Origin: Eukaryota sp. GEM-RC1
Lineage: Eukaryota
DNA length: 64,000 nucleotides
Direction: 5' to 3'
Assembly: GCA_040285855.1 (NCBI GenBank)
Contig: JAUFOQ010000017.1
Span: forward strand, 310,001-374,000
Part shown: positions 24,601 through 39,200 of the stretch, piece by piece
How positions within the stretch are numbered: the first letter of the stretch is position 1
Layout: the number at the start of each line of letters is the position of its first letter
The notes under the pieces: model-generated
What the model saw: only the letters and a program-made list of their open reading frames with translations
What the model was told of the DNA's origin: nothing
Database searches by the model: none
Translations under genes and position numbers: made by a program

Positions 24601-27560
24601 AAAATTCTTCAATCATCACGTCGAGATTGGCCTTGATTTCGAACGTTGACGATACACTGTCGGACAACGTGACCACCTTTTCCCCTAAATTAGAAAGATC
24701 TAACTGTAAAGTACGGACTCTTTCGATATCAGACTTGAGGAAATGGTTGTGAACGACATTTTGAGGAAGAATTCTAAAGAATTCAAATGCAGAACCCTTT
24801 GCCAGACCAATCGCAAATTCAATAAATTCAAATAAATCTGCAAATTCTGATTTTTCAATAAAATAATTTTCTGTCGACATCAATAAATCACTAGTCTCAG
24901 CAATTACGTCAGCAATAACTCTAGAAACATCACAAACAATTGACTTATGATAATTCCACTTAGACTGAGATATTAAATCATCAGTAAAGATGCTTAGAAT
25001 AGAGTTGAAGCAGCGTTGTTTCTCATAAGTAACTCTATCTAGAACGGACACGTCAGAGTCTTTAAGATTCTTGTGGAAATCAGATCCAAAGAAGTCTTTT
25101 GCGGTTTCAATAAAGAAGAAGCCGAGATGGCGTTTCCATATCGGTCAAAAACAGAAGCAGATTCTTGAGAATTCAACAGACGGGGTAGATGATTGATTAC
25201 GGACGACCTGAAGTGTGATTTAGCTGGCTGAGACATTGAAAAGAACATACTCTGAGTCACTTGGTTTTGAGTCGAAATTAAACAATTTTTAAATTTTTCA
25301 AAAGTTCAGCTATCGCTTCAGACATTGTTCTCATTTCAAAAGGCGGCAAATTACCAAAACTCTTCGGGAAACGTGATAAAATACTAGTGAATACTATAGA
25401 CTTCTCCACTAACTTCCTAAAGTTGTTAGTAACTCTTCCTTGATCCTCAGGGTCACAATCATCAAGAATATCTTCAAAATCAGTTGAAATATTATTAATC
25501 AAATTTGATATGCGATCATACTCACTTGACACGTCATCAAAGCAATCCTGATCAAAAACTTCTCCTCCGATAGTCAGCGAGTTTCTCAACGCCATTTCTA
25601 CGGCAGAAACAGCGTGCTTTGATAGTTCAACGACAGAAATGACATTTGAGCTGTTGATTTCACTGATGACGTCATCATTGTCTTCACAAGTTAATTTCTT
25701 TTGACCAACTTCAACTAGGTGATTTGATACAATTCGAGTCAAATCAGTGACGTTACTTAGGGAAAACTCGTTTACAGAGGAAAGAGATTGATGGACGGAA
25801 TCAACGACTGACTGGCACCAATCAAAAATACCATCACTCGCAGACTTGAGCTCTACAAAGCGTTGACTTGCCATCTTTTCAATCTCGACACGTGTGTCTG
25901 CCATTTTCCTTCTTCTTTCAGCTACACTAGCTAAGTCTTGAAAGTCAGCCAACAAATCATCAAAGACATCTGTTTCCTGTAGATTCTCTTGGAGATAGGA
26001 AAGTCCCTCATCAAAGAAAGGTTTCTTTTTAGTAAATTCTAGATATAGAGATTTCAAGTGATGAGCTGGTAAGAAGTCAACGGAAATCTCCTCAGGGATA
26101 CGTAATGATTGTGCAAGAGAAGACAATCGTGTTTTCAGTACGGAAACCACGAAATTGCACGTGATTTGACTTGGTAATTCTTTGGTCAGAAGTCCAGAAA
26201 AGTCAATAGTTTCAGAAAAGAACATTAAAAATGAGAGTGACTTCTGTAACAGTAAGGGGATTTCGAACAGGTAACGTTCAACTTTCTCTTGAACCATCTC
26301 AACTTCTCTATTGACTTCAACAGAACCATTAAAGACTTTACAAGACTTCTCCAAAACTCTAACAAACCTCAACTCAAACGATACTTCCACCGCTTCCTTC
26401 ACTACCTCCAATCCTGTTACCAACGTTGACACCAACCCCAACCCGGGTCTTTCTTCACTGTTGAAAGAACTTGAGAGGTTGGTCACGATATCCTCAAGCT
26501 GACTCAGAATAGAGTTGGCCTTGGAAATTGAACTCAGTTGAAGGGAATCATGTTGAGAGGAGAAGAAGTTGGTGGTTTCAGAAAGTGATTCGATCATTTC
26601 AATCAAAACTGATGTGTTGGAAACGTCACTACATACGTTCTTAATACTATCTGTTAAACTATCAATAGAAAACAATGATAGGTCTGGTAAAGGCTTCTTT
26701 AAAGATCCAAAGGCAACCCGGAATCTAAACAAAAGTTCAGACAGGGATTTCACGCCTAAGCAAGACTGTTCCAATCGTTGAACAAGAAGATCTAAATCAC
26801 TTGAGCAATCAGAAATAAGTGATGACGTGATGGTGGACGACAATTTGGGAAGGTTATGAAGTGATGACTTGGTGTTGAGATCGAAAATTCCAAATTTGTC
26901 ACATATTTTTGATATTCTCGTTGTTAGATTATTTGAAAATTCTGACAAATTTGTAACATTATCCACAATTGAAGCAGATGCTTGAAGCTCTTTCAGTAGA
27001 AGATCGCAAGTAACACTACGAGAAAATACTTGACCAAGAACAGCAGAAGATGGAGAAGCAGGAAGAAGACGTAGAGAATTGAGGTACACGATGGTAGCAA
27101 GAATGAGAGAACATCGGGGGGATGAAAAGAGTTCAGGAGAGATGTTTTCAAAAGAAGCAGGGAGTAGACCATTCCAGCAAAAGATGAGGAGTGATGTGGA
27201 CATTGGATCAGAGAGAGAAGAGGAAGGAAGAGGAAGGAGGTGCCAGGAGTAGGAGAGAGCAACATGGAGGAATGCTGAATGGTCGTTAAGGGATAAGTCA
27301 CTTACTGAAGAGATTACAGAACCAAACGGTCTTGAGAAGGAGTCGAAAAACGATAGGACTGTTGATGTATCTGGTGTCTGAGAACAGAAAACTTTGAAGA
27401 GGAACTGAGAGAGGGCTGATTCATCGTGAACAAAAGGATAATTGGAAGAATCTACAGAGATGAACGATGAGATTGGGGGACAATCTGGGAGCGACGTTTG
27501 AAAGGATTGCAGGTATGAAGCCAAGGTTGAAACAGACGATACCCCAGTGATAGCAGCCAT
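18667..27560 (-). CDS. Giant (~2,960 aa) helical protein, possibly a degenerate alpha-actinin/spectrin relative (four frame breaks)
   Basis: Five consecutive ORFs join by -1 breaks. The N-terminal region is weakly CH-like (YSWHLL...LLIFCWN..FENIS), there are NPF/NPH actinin-like linkers, and the C-terminus (FTEDEF...YTRFICSHL...GTIDIVSWISSIF) resembles the actinin Ca-insensitive EF hand. Confidence 0.45.
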
Positions 27561-27727
27561 TGAGTTAATTGCAGCTAAGAGAACATGTATTTTATCATCA
27601 AGATTCTTGCAAAGGACAATCTGTCGTAGAATCTGGGTGTTTCAAGAGAAGACGCCCAACGACAGAGAATGTCAAGCATTGGTTATGGGAGTCAAATTTT
27701 TCTCGTTCCAAGTTTCTTCAATTATCT

Positions 27728-29066
27728 ATGCAACTTGGAAAAGCCAAAAAGGCAAATCTAAGGGGAAAAATGCCAAGGCAAAAGCTCCCCCTGTTGATCC
27801 TGAGGTGGAACGTCGCGCCAAACAAGAAGCACTCCGTCTAAAACTTAAAGACAAACTCTCTGCTCTTGAAAAAGCCTCCAAAATCAACAGACTTAAGGTT
27901 GAAGAAGGATGGAAGGAACTCATGCGTGTTCGCAAGACTGAATCCCTACGAAAAGAACTTGAACAGCTTGCTTCTCTTCACGAACTTCGAGTTGACTCTA
28001 AGGATGCTATCATTGCTGCTCTTGATCGGGAATTGGACCTTGCGGAGGAGCAATATACTGATGCTCATAGAAGTCACCTACGGCATATTGATCTACTGCT
28101 GGATCTCCAGAAATCTTCTGTTGAACGTCTCAATGTTAGCTTCGATACTTCTCTAGAGGAGCTTCGTAAGACTTATGCTGATGAAAAGAGGAGATCCTAG
28201 CTGATTTCGATAAACTAAAAGATTCTGTTGTTGAATCCATGAATGTTCTCGAATATCAGTTCAAGGAAGACGAAGTCCAACGTAAACAAGAATTTGAAGA
28301 AATCTATCAAGCAGAAAAAGACAAACATACAGAAGAGTTTAATGTCCAGAAGATTACACTAGAGGCTGCTCTGGATGACTTGAAAACGTCTGCCACCGAG
28401 GCTTATACGCAGTACCGCAGTGCCACTGATCAGACTCAAAGTCAGTATCAGAAGCTATTGGAACGTGATCAGATGAATCAAAAAAGATTGGCACTCCAGG
28501 AACAACATTTGAAGAAGCTTGAGGATCAGATTCAGTCGTGGAAGACAAAGATCTCTGCTTCCAGGAGAGAGTATCATGATAGGTTCAATGAGTTGGCTGT
28601 AGAAAAAGGACAAATTCAAGCTCATTTTAAGAGACTTCGGACTAGAATTCAAAAGTTTAGGGCTGGTGAAGCTGAAAGACTTGGTCAATTAATGAAGTCT
28701 GCAAGGAACTGTACGGAGAAATTAACTGAATTTGTTGATTTAGGGTCGTCTACGGTTAAGATTGCTCAGATATGTCACAAGTTTGAAACAAAATTAGAAC
28801 AAGACACTCCCTTTTATCATTTGGAAGAAGGTCAGATCGATGCAGCTCCAAAACTAGATGTTATTCCTGAGATGGAGTACTTCTATCAACGTCACAATAA
28901 GGTTTTAGTTGAGACTGTGGCCTTAAAGAAGGAGGAGGAGCGTTTATTGGATGAAAATAAGCAATTAAAGAGGATTCTAGAACAGTATTTGGGTGCGGTT
29001 TCTGTTAATGATGAGGTTTTGGCTAATGATAATCCCTTGCTTACTGTAAAGTCGTTCAAGTCGTGA
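27728..29066 (+). CDS. CCDC65: Dynein regulatory complex subunit 2 (two frame breaks)
   Basis: INRLKVEEGWKELMRVRKTESLRKELEQLASLHELRVDSKDAIIAALDRELDLAEEQYTDAHRSHLRHIDLLLDLQ and FYQRHNKVL...ENKQLKRILEQYLGAVSVNDEVL..NPLL are DRC2 signatures. Missing A at ~27748 and ~28185. Confidence 0.88.
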
Positions 29067-29686
29067 GTGATTGTCTTTAATTGGTCCTTTTGATGATGAA
29101 GGGTAAGATGATTAATTCATTACGTATTTATTGTATTATATTAGTTTACAGTTGAATTCAGAAAGCGAAAGAAAGTCTGCGTTGTGTTACAAAGTTTTGC
29201 AGTCAAGATAATGGCTAAAATTCTAAATTTTTGCAGCATTCTATGTTTTCATCTTGTAAATATATTCTAAGTTCTGCCAATACTTTTCAAAAATGACCCC
29301 CATTGATGTGACATATTGTTTTGGAAGTAACATCTTGTCACAAATTCTGTGTCTGCCATTTATGTTTTCAAATAGCTTTTGAGTTATTGTACTATGACAG
29401 AAATTCTCTTTATTACAATTTCGGACTTCAACTGAAGAGCCTTTTTCTGTAATAATATTAATATTCAACCTATTAACAGCAACACTGAAGTGAACATACT
29501 ACACTGTACAGTACCAATTATCATTATCCTCAATGTCCAAATTTCCTATTGTATTTGGAACTTTTTACCAACCTTATCTTCATAATGCCCTCCAAGAGAC
29601 ATTAAATCTCAAATAGGCCTACAAACACATGTTTAAATTTTTTCCAACTACCTTTTTACCATTGTCTTGTTGCAGGCATTAATCAC

Positions 29687-30868
29687 ATGTTCCCTTCTAC
29701 TAGTAGTGTCATCTTTTTAAATCTTTTCATCACATTGGCATTTTGCACAATATGCCAAGATCTCACACCTGAAAGAACCAATTACGCTAATATCTCAGTA
29801 TCTGGGCTAAAAGATTGGTCGATTTCTTACGGACGATCTGTTTGGTCTTCTCCTCCCTTCATCACACCTGATATCGTCTATTTCTCTACAAGTGTTGGAC
29901 TAATATCAGTGGATCTTCGAACTGGGGAGCAACTGGCCAACGTCAACCCATCAACATTGGCATCTGCTCAGCTCCATATGAGTGAAGATTCTTCAAGAAT
30001 AGCTACACTTTCGTTTCCAAAGGATGGATCCCGAAATTTCCATGTTTACACCGCTGACTTATCATCAGAAGTAGCTCGTATTAGTGTCACTGTCCCCGGA
30101 ACTGTTGTTTCCGATGATCGTGGCCTTCTATTTTCCGATCAAAACCTAATGGTGAGATTTAACTTCAGAGGTGTACAACTACATCGAACCACTTCCCTCA
30201 ACTATGCTACCTTTCATCCGTGTCGATTGGGATACATTAGACATGGATTCAACCAGTTGGACGTTATCAACAAGGACCTGCGGTTGTTGTTCACGTTAAG
30301 ATATCCAGGAATAAGCACTGTTGTCTCAGACATGACTTCAGGAATGTTTTTCTTTTCCTATTCTGATATTATGCAACATCCTGATCAGATATTAATTGCC
30401 GGAATTCATGATTCAAATCGAGAAATTTTTGTCAGGAATATGACACGTGTCAATAACTTCCATCAAGTACTATTTCTTGCTGTTACTAGTGACGGATCTG
30501 TTGTCTTTGGTGTTGGGTCCAGAACTTCTAACTCCTTTTCTCTTTCTATTTACAAGATCCAATTAACTGGTCATGGTTTTGAAGAGATTGAACTTGTTGT
30601 GACGTTAAGTTCTGAGGCTAGCTACCAATCACATGTTCTGTATCCATCAAATTTGATGGCAATTTCCTATACTGATGAGACGAATGTTCAACCATTGGCC
30701 AAGATTGTTTTGATTGATTTGAACTCTCACATGATTATTGATTCTATTGAATACGAGAATTCCAAGGGTGGATCCATGGTTGGATATGGTAATAATTGTC
30801 TATTGTATATAACAAAGGGTAGATATAACGTGCCCAACACTTTGCACAATACTTGTTTTCTTCAATAA
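29687..30868 (+). CDS. Secreted protein, probable beta-propeller
   Basis: Signal peptide followed by a PQQ-like blade (SSPP..TPDIVYF...GLISVDLRTGE). Intact 393-aa ORF. Confidence 0.55.
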   Translation: MFPSTSSVIFLNLFITLAFCTICQDLTPERTNYANISVSGLKDWSISYGRSVWSSPPFITPDIVYFSTSVGLISVDLRTGEQLANVNPSTLASAQLHMSEDSSRIATLSFPKDGSRNFHVYTADLSSEVARISVTVPGTVVSDDRGLLFSDQNLMVRFNFRGVQLHRTTSLNYATFHPCRLGYIRHGFNQLDVINKDLRLLFTLRYPGISTVVSDMTSGMFFFSYSDIMQHPDQILIAGIHDSNREIFVRNMTRVNNFHQVLFLAVTSDGSVVFGVGSRTSNSFSLSIYKIQLTGHGFEEIELVVTLSSEASYQSHVLYPSNLMAISYTDETNVQPLAKIVLIDLNSHMIIDSIEYENSKGGSMVGYGNNCLLYITKGRYNVPNTLHNTCFLQ

Positions 30869-31397
30869 AACAGCTGTAATTCGTGGTGTATAATGTTACA
30901 CGTATTAGTAGAGTTTCTTGAGAGATTTAGTCTGTTATCAACACCTACGTAAAGTTTTAACATTTCAAATATGTTAGAGATCTTTAAACTGAAGAATTGA
31001 AGTCTTGGCTGGTTGTCAGGTGGTTGTCGTTGTTTGTTATACATAACATATTTGGTCCATTTCATTTTTTTCAAAATACATTCAAAAACATCAATTAGTC
31101 GTCAATTCGATCTTACATGTTTCTGTTTAATCATTCTACATCCTGAGGATCAACATACTTGATTCCAGTTTGCAGCACGTCTCTCAAATTGTTTAACATC
31201 CAACTGAAAGTCTACATAGACCGACACACAATTTAATGAAAATATTTATCACCACAAAACAAATTCCGATTGTTGGTTTATTTAAAAAGGAATAAATACT
31301 GTAAGAATTCTTAAAAAACCGAAAAGCACAAAAAAAGACACTAAAAGATGATCAGAAAATGATTAACGAAAACCATTTCCTTAAATTAAAACTGATA

Positions 31398-32249
31398 TTA
31401 CGATAGACAATTATAAACAAACAACTTAAAAGCTGAATCATATACTTCCCCTCCTCTCAACCACGTCTCATTATGTGAACCATCCTTGATTGAAACGAAT
31501 TGCTTCATCGTCGACTTTGTTGCCTCTGCATAGAGACGTTCTGAATGTTCCGGGGGAATAAGTTCATCGGAATCACCACTGATTACTAGAAAAGGCAGAG
31601 TAAGATCAGGAACGTACTTAATAGAGGGGAAGTTGCAACGAACAAACATGGTAGGAATGTATTTCGCTGAATTTCCAGGTAAAATAGCAGGTAATAGTTC
31701 AGAGACAGAGCTAAAAGTGTTTTCCACTACGAGACCAGCCACAGGTCGTTCCCTGCAAGTTTTAATGGCAACCGCACCCCCAAGACTTCGTCCAAACACG
31801 AAAATTTGAGAAGAGTCCACCTTGTCATGTTTCTTGAGCCAATCAATGCAGGCAATTCCATCGTCATAGAGACCGAGTTCAGATGGATTTCCATTGGATT
31901 TACCGTAACCGCGGTAGTCCGCTATAAAGATGTTGATTTTCCCACCAAAGAGTCTGTAGAGATGGCAAATGTTCTGACAGCGGGTGGCAATGTTGCCAGC
32001 ATTACCATGGAAGAAGCAGATAACAGGACTTGGTTCATTAAGTTGAGATTTGAGGAACCAGGCGTTGAGAAGAACACCATGAGTGGATGGAACCCATTCC
32101 TCTTGATAAGGTATCCCAAAAAGACTGGGATTATGGTCATCTGGGTCTGTATTAGCATATTTAGGAAGAAAAAGAGCTTTGGTTTGGAGAGTATATACAG
32201 CTCCAGCAACACTGCAAAGTCCAGCACTTATTGGGAGAAGCCAAAACAT
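31398..32249 (-). CDS. ABHD13: Alpha/beta hydrolase, ABHD13/Bem46 family
   Basis: FFHGNAGNI, DYRGYGKSNGNPSELGLYDD, GRSLGGAVAI, ENTFSS, GDSDELIP and GSHNETW. Confidence 0.88.
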   Translation of the reverse strand: MFWLLPISAGLCSVAGAVYTLQTKALFLPKYANTDPDDHNPSLFGIPYQEEWVPSTHGVLLNAWFLKSQLNEPSPVICFFHGNAGNIATRCQNICHLYRLFGGKINIFIADYRGYGKSNGNPSELGLYDDGIACIDWLKKHDKVDSSQIFVFGRSLGGAVAIKTCRERPVAGLVVENTFSSVSELLPAILPGNSAKYIPTMFVRCNFPSIKYVPDLTLPFLVISGDSDELIPPEHSERLYAEATKSTMKQFVSIKDGSHNETWLRGGEVYDSAFKLFVYNCLS

Positions 32250-33293
32250 TTGGAAAGATAGCAGGGTTCAGAATTCCAGAACTCATTCATTGCTCCTTCA
32301 GAATGTATCTACTGTAGTTCATTGAGTTTGAACCAGTGAAATCCGTCTTTGAATGTCCTGCTAGTAATTAGAGATCAGATTTATCACCCAAACCGAGAAT
32401 CGTCACACGTCCGTGTTTGCTTAGAAAATCTACTCTTAAATCTTTGTTGTAGATCACAAACCGCTTAATCATTATAAATTTAATGACCATAAATCAGTAG
32501 AACTTGGATTCAATTGAATGCTCTACTTCTGCTTTGAAATATGATACAAATTATTCAAATTGATGCGATTCAAATACATCGTAAATACATCGTAAATAAG
32601 AAAATGAACAACCTCTTTGATCATATCGGTATGTTATAGTTGTATTTACTGTGTTTAAAACAATTCCCCTAATCGTCTCCAAGGCTTTACTAGCAATGAG
32701 TTTCCTTTATTTTGATAGTGTTGTGGTAAGAATATATAGTGATGGGTGTTCCTTTAACGATCGCAATATCAAAGCCGTACCGAATTATTTTTTCTGTATG
32801 TAATTTCACACTCGAATTACTTGTTGTACCCTTTTGTATTTTCACTGTACGGTTCTTTAGGTGAATCTGCAACATAATTACTTGAAATCTTTGTGAAGAT
32901 TGTAAAAGAAAAAACATCTAGGACTTTTGATCTTAGATTTTGGAAAAATCGAATCGTGTTTGCTATCTTTAAAGGTATGGTGACTTTAGTATCCAGCGCT
33001 TTATTATCTCTTGGCAGATATTATGAGGATAACATAGGTGAGAATTTCCTGATAGGCAATCTGGACTTTGAGGATATTGATTATTAGATGTAGTGTTGTT
33101 GTCAATAATAGTTTGTGTTTAAAAAAATGAGCAAAACTAGATATCATTGGTCTATTATAAAGAATTGATCGGATTGTTGGATTTTATATCGTATCAAAGT
33201 GTCAGTTTAAAACAATAAACGAAAAGAAATATGTACATGAAAAACCAAACAAAACAATGAAATTGATTACCGAAACCAAACCTAACAAATACA

Positions 33294-36200
33294 TTAAATA
33301 TACAAAACCAGGCAATAAACAGAAACTAAACAAGCGATTCCCAGAGCAATACGTTCAAAAGAAGTAGAAATACAGAAAAGGCAAATTAAAACTATAGTTT
33401 GAACAGTAAAGTAAACAAGACCAGGTAACAACGCTGAAAATAAAATAATGGAATAAGATATAAGAGAAAAGACATAAGGTTGCCATCGCTGAATAAAAAT
33501 AGTAAACACGATAAATAAAAGGTGAATAAACACAAAACTAAATGTTAAAAAGGATTGTTTTCCAGAAGAAATACAGGATAGAACAACACCAAAAATATAA
33601 TTCAGAGAATTAACGAAGCACCTGTAACGAAGGCGCTATGGAAAATATTAAAGGTTTTGAATTTAAAAACATCAGTGCACAACGACTTGGAAGCAAATGA
33701 CAAGGAGAACAGACATAAAGTGAATAAAAAAGCTGACTTGTCTAAATAAGACAAAGATGAAATGTACTCAAAAAGACGACACTTACAGAGATTCTTTTGT
33801 AGACAAAGACTGGTAAACAAAGAAGGGAAATGTTTAAAATGTTTGAATATTTAGAATGATGCTTCAAGATTTGAGTTGTACGCAAGAGAGATAATGAAGA
33901 TGTGGACAATCGCAAAGCCTGAGGAACTGTATTTGAATGAATGCACATCATTGAGAATCGATCAGTGAACAAAAGTAGTAGTACAAACAGTGCCAAGAAT
34001 AGAATTTTGACTGACAAGTGTTCTTTTCCAATACAGTAAGTTCTATCAGAAACAGCATCTTCAGTACAATATTGACACAAATCACCATAAGCATGACGTG
34101 ATCTGCAAGAATTGTCATGACAATTAAACCAGAAAACACATTCATCTAGTTCCCAAGTATCAGTATTTAATCTAAAACCAGGTTCAATTCCAGTCAAATT
34201 TCCATAACCACATTCAGCTAAATGAGGACAAGGTAAACAAGAATCTACAAAATCTAGAGTGTTTAAAGGACAAACACAATGGTGAAGATCACTAGAACCG
34301 TTTTGAAGAGTAATTCTAGGAAAAGAACAAGATCTGCATTCTGAATTGAATTCTAAATTTGAGTAATAATTTAGAGAACATTCGACACATTCACCAAGAA
34401 AATTAAATTCCATTCCTTTTGGACATAAACATCCATGTCCAGAATTTAATTTCGGCATTCGACAGTCATTTGTGATTAGTGTAATCGTCTCTGATTGAGA
34501 GAAATAGGAAAATGTTAAAGTCACAAATTGAAGTGGCATTCCAATAATCTCCAAAGCGGTTTGATTAAGAATATTCAGAACAGATGTCGAGGAATCAACA
34601 AGAATATTTAGATCTGAATTCATGAGGATCTTCGAATGATTGGAAAAAGGTTCTTGAGATATCAAAACAGATGAAAAGTTCAATAAAGTACAAGTGCTGT
34701 CTAAAGTATAATGATGGTCACAAATAGTTGTACTAAGATCAATGATTTTAAATATTTCCTTAAAATTTTGAATTATAGTTACATTCCGTGAAAATCGTAT
34801 GTGTTCATGAATAATTGAAAGAGAATGTTGTCCAAGATTGACCACGTTAGGAAACGGAAACAACAAAATCAACGAACTATTCAAGAATTTAAAATCTGAG
34901 AATTCAAATGTTGACGACTCTACAATAAACTGATCGCCACAATCTACAATAAAATTCAAGACATCGACACAAATAACCGGAATACAAATATTAAAATGTT
35001 GGGGATTTACTTCGATAATGTCACCTTCAACAATTAAAAATGACGGCGACGAAGCAGTCAAAACAGTTGGATAACTTACTGATGAATAAAAACACTGTGA
35101 AGAATATAACTCAGTTGAAAACGATAACAAAGGTGATGGCCAAAAGTTGATTGTTGAATCACAAATTCTTTGAATTCTGAAATTGAATAAAGAACTGAGT
35201 CGTATCTTAACTGAACATCTTCGTCAATTACTTCACCTACAGAAGTAACACCTTTTCCAAAAGAAAAAGGTTTAAAACAAGAATTAGATTTGTAACCGTA
35301 AAACTCTATTTCTAGTAAATAAACATCTTCTAGAGCTACTAGAGTAAACTCAGAAGTTTTTGGTAATAGTAGATCTATTTCACACATTGAAGCAAATGAA
35401 TAACCACTAGGAATTTGTTGGCAAGAAACGGAAGTGGAAAGAGTTTGATTGTTGACTGTCAGCTCAAAAGGAAGGTCAGAGTCAATTTCAGTGCAACTGG
35501 AATTCGTGGTAATTACAATGTGAAACAGATCAAATTTTGAGGGAAACAAGAACAAAAGTGTCATATTTTTTGAAATAAATTCTGAACAATGAGACAGGTC
35601 AACACTACAGCATCTTGAACCATCAAAAATTAAAAATGAGTTCAAGGTAGAAATAATCTCTGATGAATTTATCAAAGAATGTCGGACAAACTTCATGAAA
35701 CAAATCTCCTCCAAAAAGGCCTCCACATGGATTTCAAAGGAATTCAACAAAGCTTGTTCATAATAAACGTCAACATTTACATATTGCCGAAAAGTTGGAA
35801 TTCTGACATTCTTACAAACCAAGAAATTATCAATAACTTGACCAAAGTAGATTTCATCTTCAATAAAACAAGTCAAATTTGAAGTAAGATTTCCTCGGAA
35901 GTCAACGGAAACATCACGATGTTCAAAAACAGTAACGTGATCGTTACTACTGAATTCAAAATTGAAAAACTTAATTTCAGTGACCAACTGTCTTTGGAAG
36001 CCAATTTGCGACCAATACAGATTTTGAATGTATTCCCCTTCAAAAACTGGTAAAGAAGTAAGATTTAGTTGAAATTTGTAAACAAAGAAGGAATCAGAAC
36101 TAGAGAGGATGTCAACAGTAGTAGGTTCAATAATAGAATTATCAATAAAGAAGGTGGCATTCAAGTCAAAATTGGAGTAACTATAAAAGATAAACAACGA

Positions 36201-39200
36201 ACTATCCGACGTAACAATAATATTTGAATCAACAACCTCAAATAATGGAATTGATTCGACTAGAATTGGGAAGGAGAAACGAAAGTTGGAGTCGAAATAT
36301 ATAGCATAGAATTCAAGATTAATTACTCCAGGTTCAAACTGAGTAAATGTAATTAGTAAGGTAGAAGTGGGAAGATAATCTAAAACTAACTCACAACTAC
36401 TAGAACAACTGACATCTAAGTCAGACTGGAATTGATTTAGATCAATCAAAAAGATTGGACATAGTTAACTTGAATTACATTAGGTATTTCAGAGTCAACT
36501 AATGAAGTCACAAAGCTGACGTTCATTGACTGAGAGAATCTGTGTAGAGTAATAAAAGAAGCAGAATCTCTCAAATTTAAAATATTTACCCCATTTGTCA
36601 CTGAAATTGTTTGACTTCCATGTGTAATGAACAGATGCGAGATATCTTCACGTAGAATGAATTCAATTTGAGAGTTAAAGTTAACTTCAGGGGGGAAATG
36701 TCAAGTAATTCAGGACTTCAACGAACAAGTTAAGGGGAAAACTATTGGCAAAAGACAATCCCATTAAAGAAAAGTTTCCATCACTGGAAAATTCTACATC
36801 CAGGAATAAAGAAGAATAACTAAATAGAGACAAACGGGAGTGACAGTTTTCAAAATAAAAACTGTTCTGAATTACCGAGAAATTGTAGAAGGAAATTCCT
36901 TCAACTTCAACTAGAATCTCGGTAGTAATTGACTCATTAAAGGATTGTATAAACTTTGGAGAAACATAAGAAGCCTCAACGATGAAGGGTATATTAAAGA
37001 TAGGAAAACATCCAAAATGAGCACATATTTGTAAATTATGAGGAACGCCAGAAACAAAAGAAATAAATGTAACAACAGCAGATGATTCAGTTGAACCAAA
37101 ATATAGAAAGAAAATACTATCAGGTACGTTAGGTTCAATGAAAGTTTCAATGAACGAAAAGGATTCCAAATAACTATAAACTTCAATTTCACAAGCAACA
37201 CCCACAAAGCAAACATATGGAGTATTTCTAGCAACAAATGAAGTCACTGGAATAGAAATTAAAAAATTGAAATCAACAAAATATTCAACAAATATTGTAA
37301 ACTCTTTTGCTCCAAATAAGTACCCGGTAGTAACTTCCATTGTATCCATGGAGGAAACTTCAAAAGTAGCACTATTAACGGAAAATTGAACAAATGAAGT
37401 ATCAAAACAATTGAACATTTTTGAAAAATTTGTACCATTAATTCGAATAGTTTCGCCAGAAGGAGAAAGTGGAACAGGATGATACTTGACGCTTGGAGGT
37501 CCAAAACTGAGTTCATAAACATTGCTAGACTGATTTGCAATAATTAAAAAAGTCTGAAAAATTGTGGTAGAAATATTGCAAATATAAGGGATTTGAACAA
37601 TTATTTCATCATGTGTGTAGCTAGAAACAAGAGCTTGAGGAAAACTTGAAACAATAGAGAATACATCAAAACTTGTTGAAAAATCTGATCCTTTTAAAAT
37701 CAGTGAGCCCGTTAAAGGAAAAGGATTTGGAGAGGCAGATTTAATAAAAGGTTGTTTGAAACAATACTCGAAAGAATAAACATCGATATCAGTTGATCTA
37801 GATAAAGTCATACGATGACAACCAGAACCTTCAAAAAGAATATATCCCATATTTCATGATTATTTGAAGAATACTCAAGACTTTGATTGATTGAAGCAGT
37901 TGACTCAAGAATAACAATAGGATCTAACCCAAGATTAAAAGCAAATAGTGGTACAAATCCACCTCTAGTTGGAGGTTCTAGGCTAACAAACTCAATAGGA
38001 CAAATGGGGATGAATAATTGGTGGGAAAAGAACATTTGTTCAATAACAAAACAGACCAGAATAGTAGAAGACGAAGAATTATAAGATCTTGAATGTTCAA
38101 GAGAAAGAAGTAGAGAATGTGAATGATAGAAGTATTGAAAATCTTGACTTTCTTTGACACGAAACGTCATAAGATTCTCCAATACAAAAGCATTATCTAA
38201 TTGTAACGACATTTGACAGAATGACGTGTTACAGCAGTGCTGTGATGGAGAAATTGAAATATTTGAAGATAAATGAGAAAGGTCGACAAAAAGACCACTA
38301 ATTCTGGAATCTGCATCAATGACAAGAATTTTTGAAATAACTTGGGATTCTGAATAAAGTGTACAATTGGACTCGATTAAAGATAATGATGAGAGAAGTA
38401 GATAGTCAGCACGATTATTTAAAGATAGATGAGAATTTTGAAGATAATAGCTGTTTTTAAATATATTATCGGAAACACACCCAGATAGAATAGATTCGTG
38501 AAAAGTCGACTCTGATTCAATCATGATGACGTCATGAAGTGAAGCATTAAGGAAAGAAGAACGACATTCAGTTTTTGACAAATTGAAGAAGGTCACGTTT
38601 GATTGAAGAAGATCCAGAAAACGGAGGAAATTGAAATTCTTAATAACTGTAGACTCGAACAGAACTATTGAGTCTGATGACGTTAGGAAAATATCTGAAA
38701 AAACACCATCAACTAAACAATCATTAACAAAAACCGTAGAGTTTGACAATGAAAACAAATTAGAAGAATAATTAGAAGACAAAATTTGAATAGAAGAAGC
38801 TTGCAAAGTCGATAAGTCTAAGGTAATAAAAGAATAACAAACAGAATTCGACATTAAAAGAAAGTCAAGGTTAATACCAGAACTAAATCCGATAAGTAAG
38901 TTGGACACAGCTGAATTCAAAATTGTAATGTTTGTAGTTGAAACAGCCGAATTTGTAGATGAAATGAAAGCATCTAAATTTGAATCAGACAAAAGAACAG
39001 ACTGTAACATAATTTCTGCACAATTCACAAAAATAAAGACATCATTTTCAATTTGCGAAAACGTCAGTTGTTGGCCATCAAACGACCCAGAATTGACAGT
39101 AAACCACTCTGTAAAATTCGAAAAATTAAAATGTACATGTTTCAAAACTATATCACAATCAACACAGTCAACGAAGTGACTACCGAAACTTCCCCAGCTG

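Noticed and set aside
31806..32261. 151-aa + strand ORF and similar antisense or alternate-frame ORFs (15899, 22152, 38901, 48919, 51923)
   Set aside because: They are shadows of well-supported genes on the other strand or frame, with no recognisable motifs.
32572..32597. AAATACATCGT tandem duplication as a transposon excision footprint
   Set aside because: The 11-bp unit does not match the 8-bp or TA TSDs seen here. Simple slippage is sufficient.
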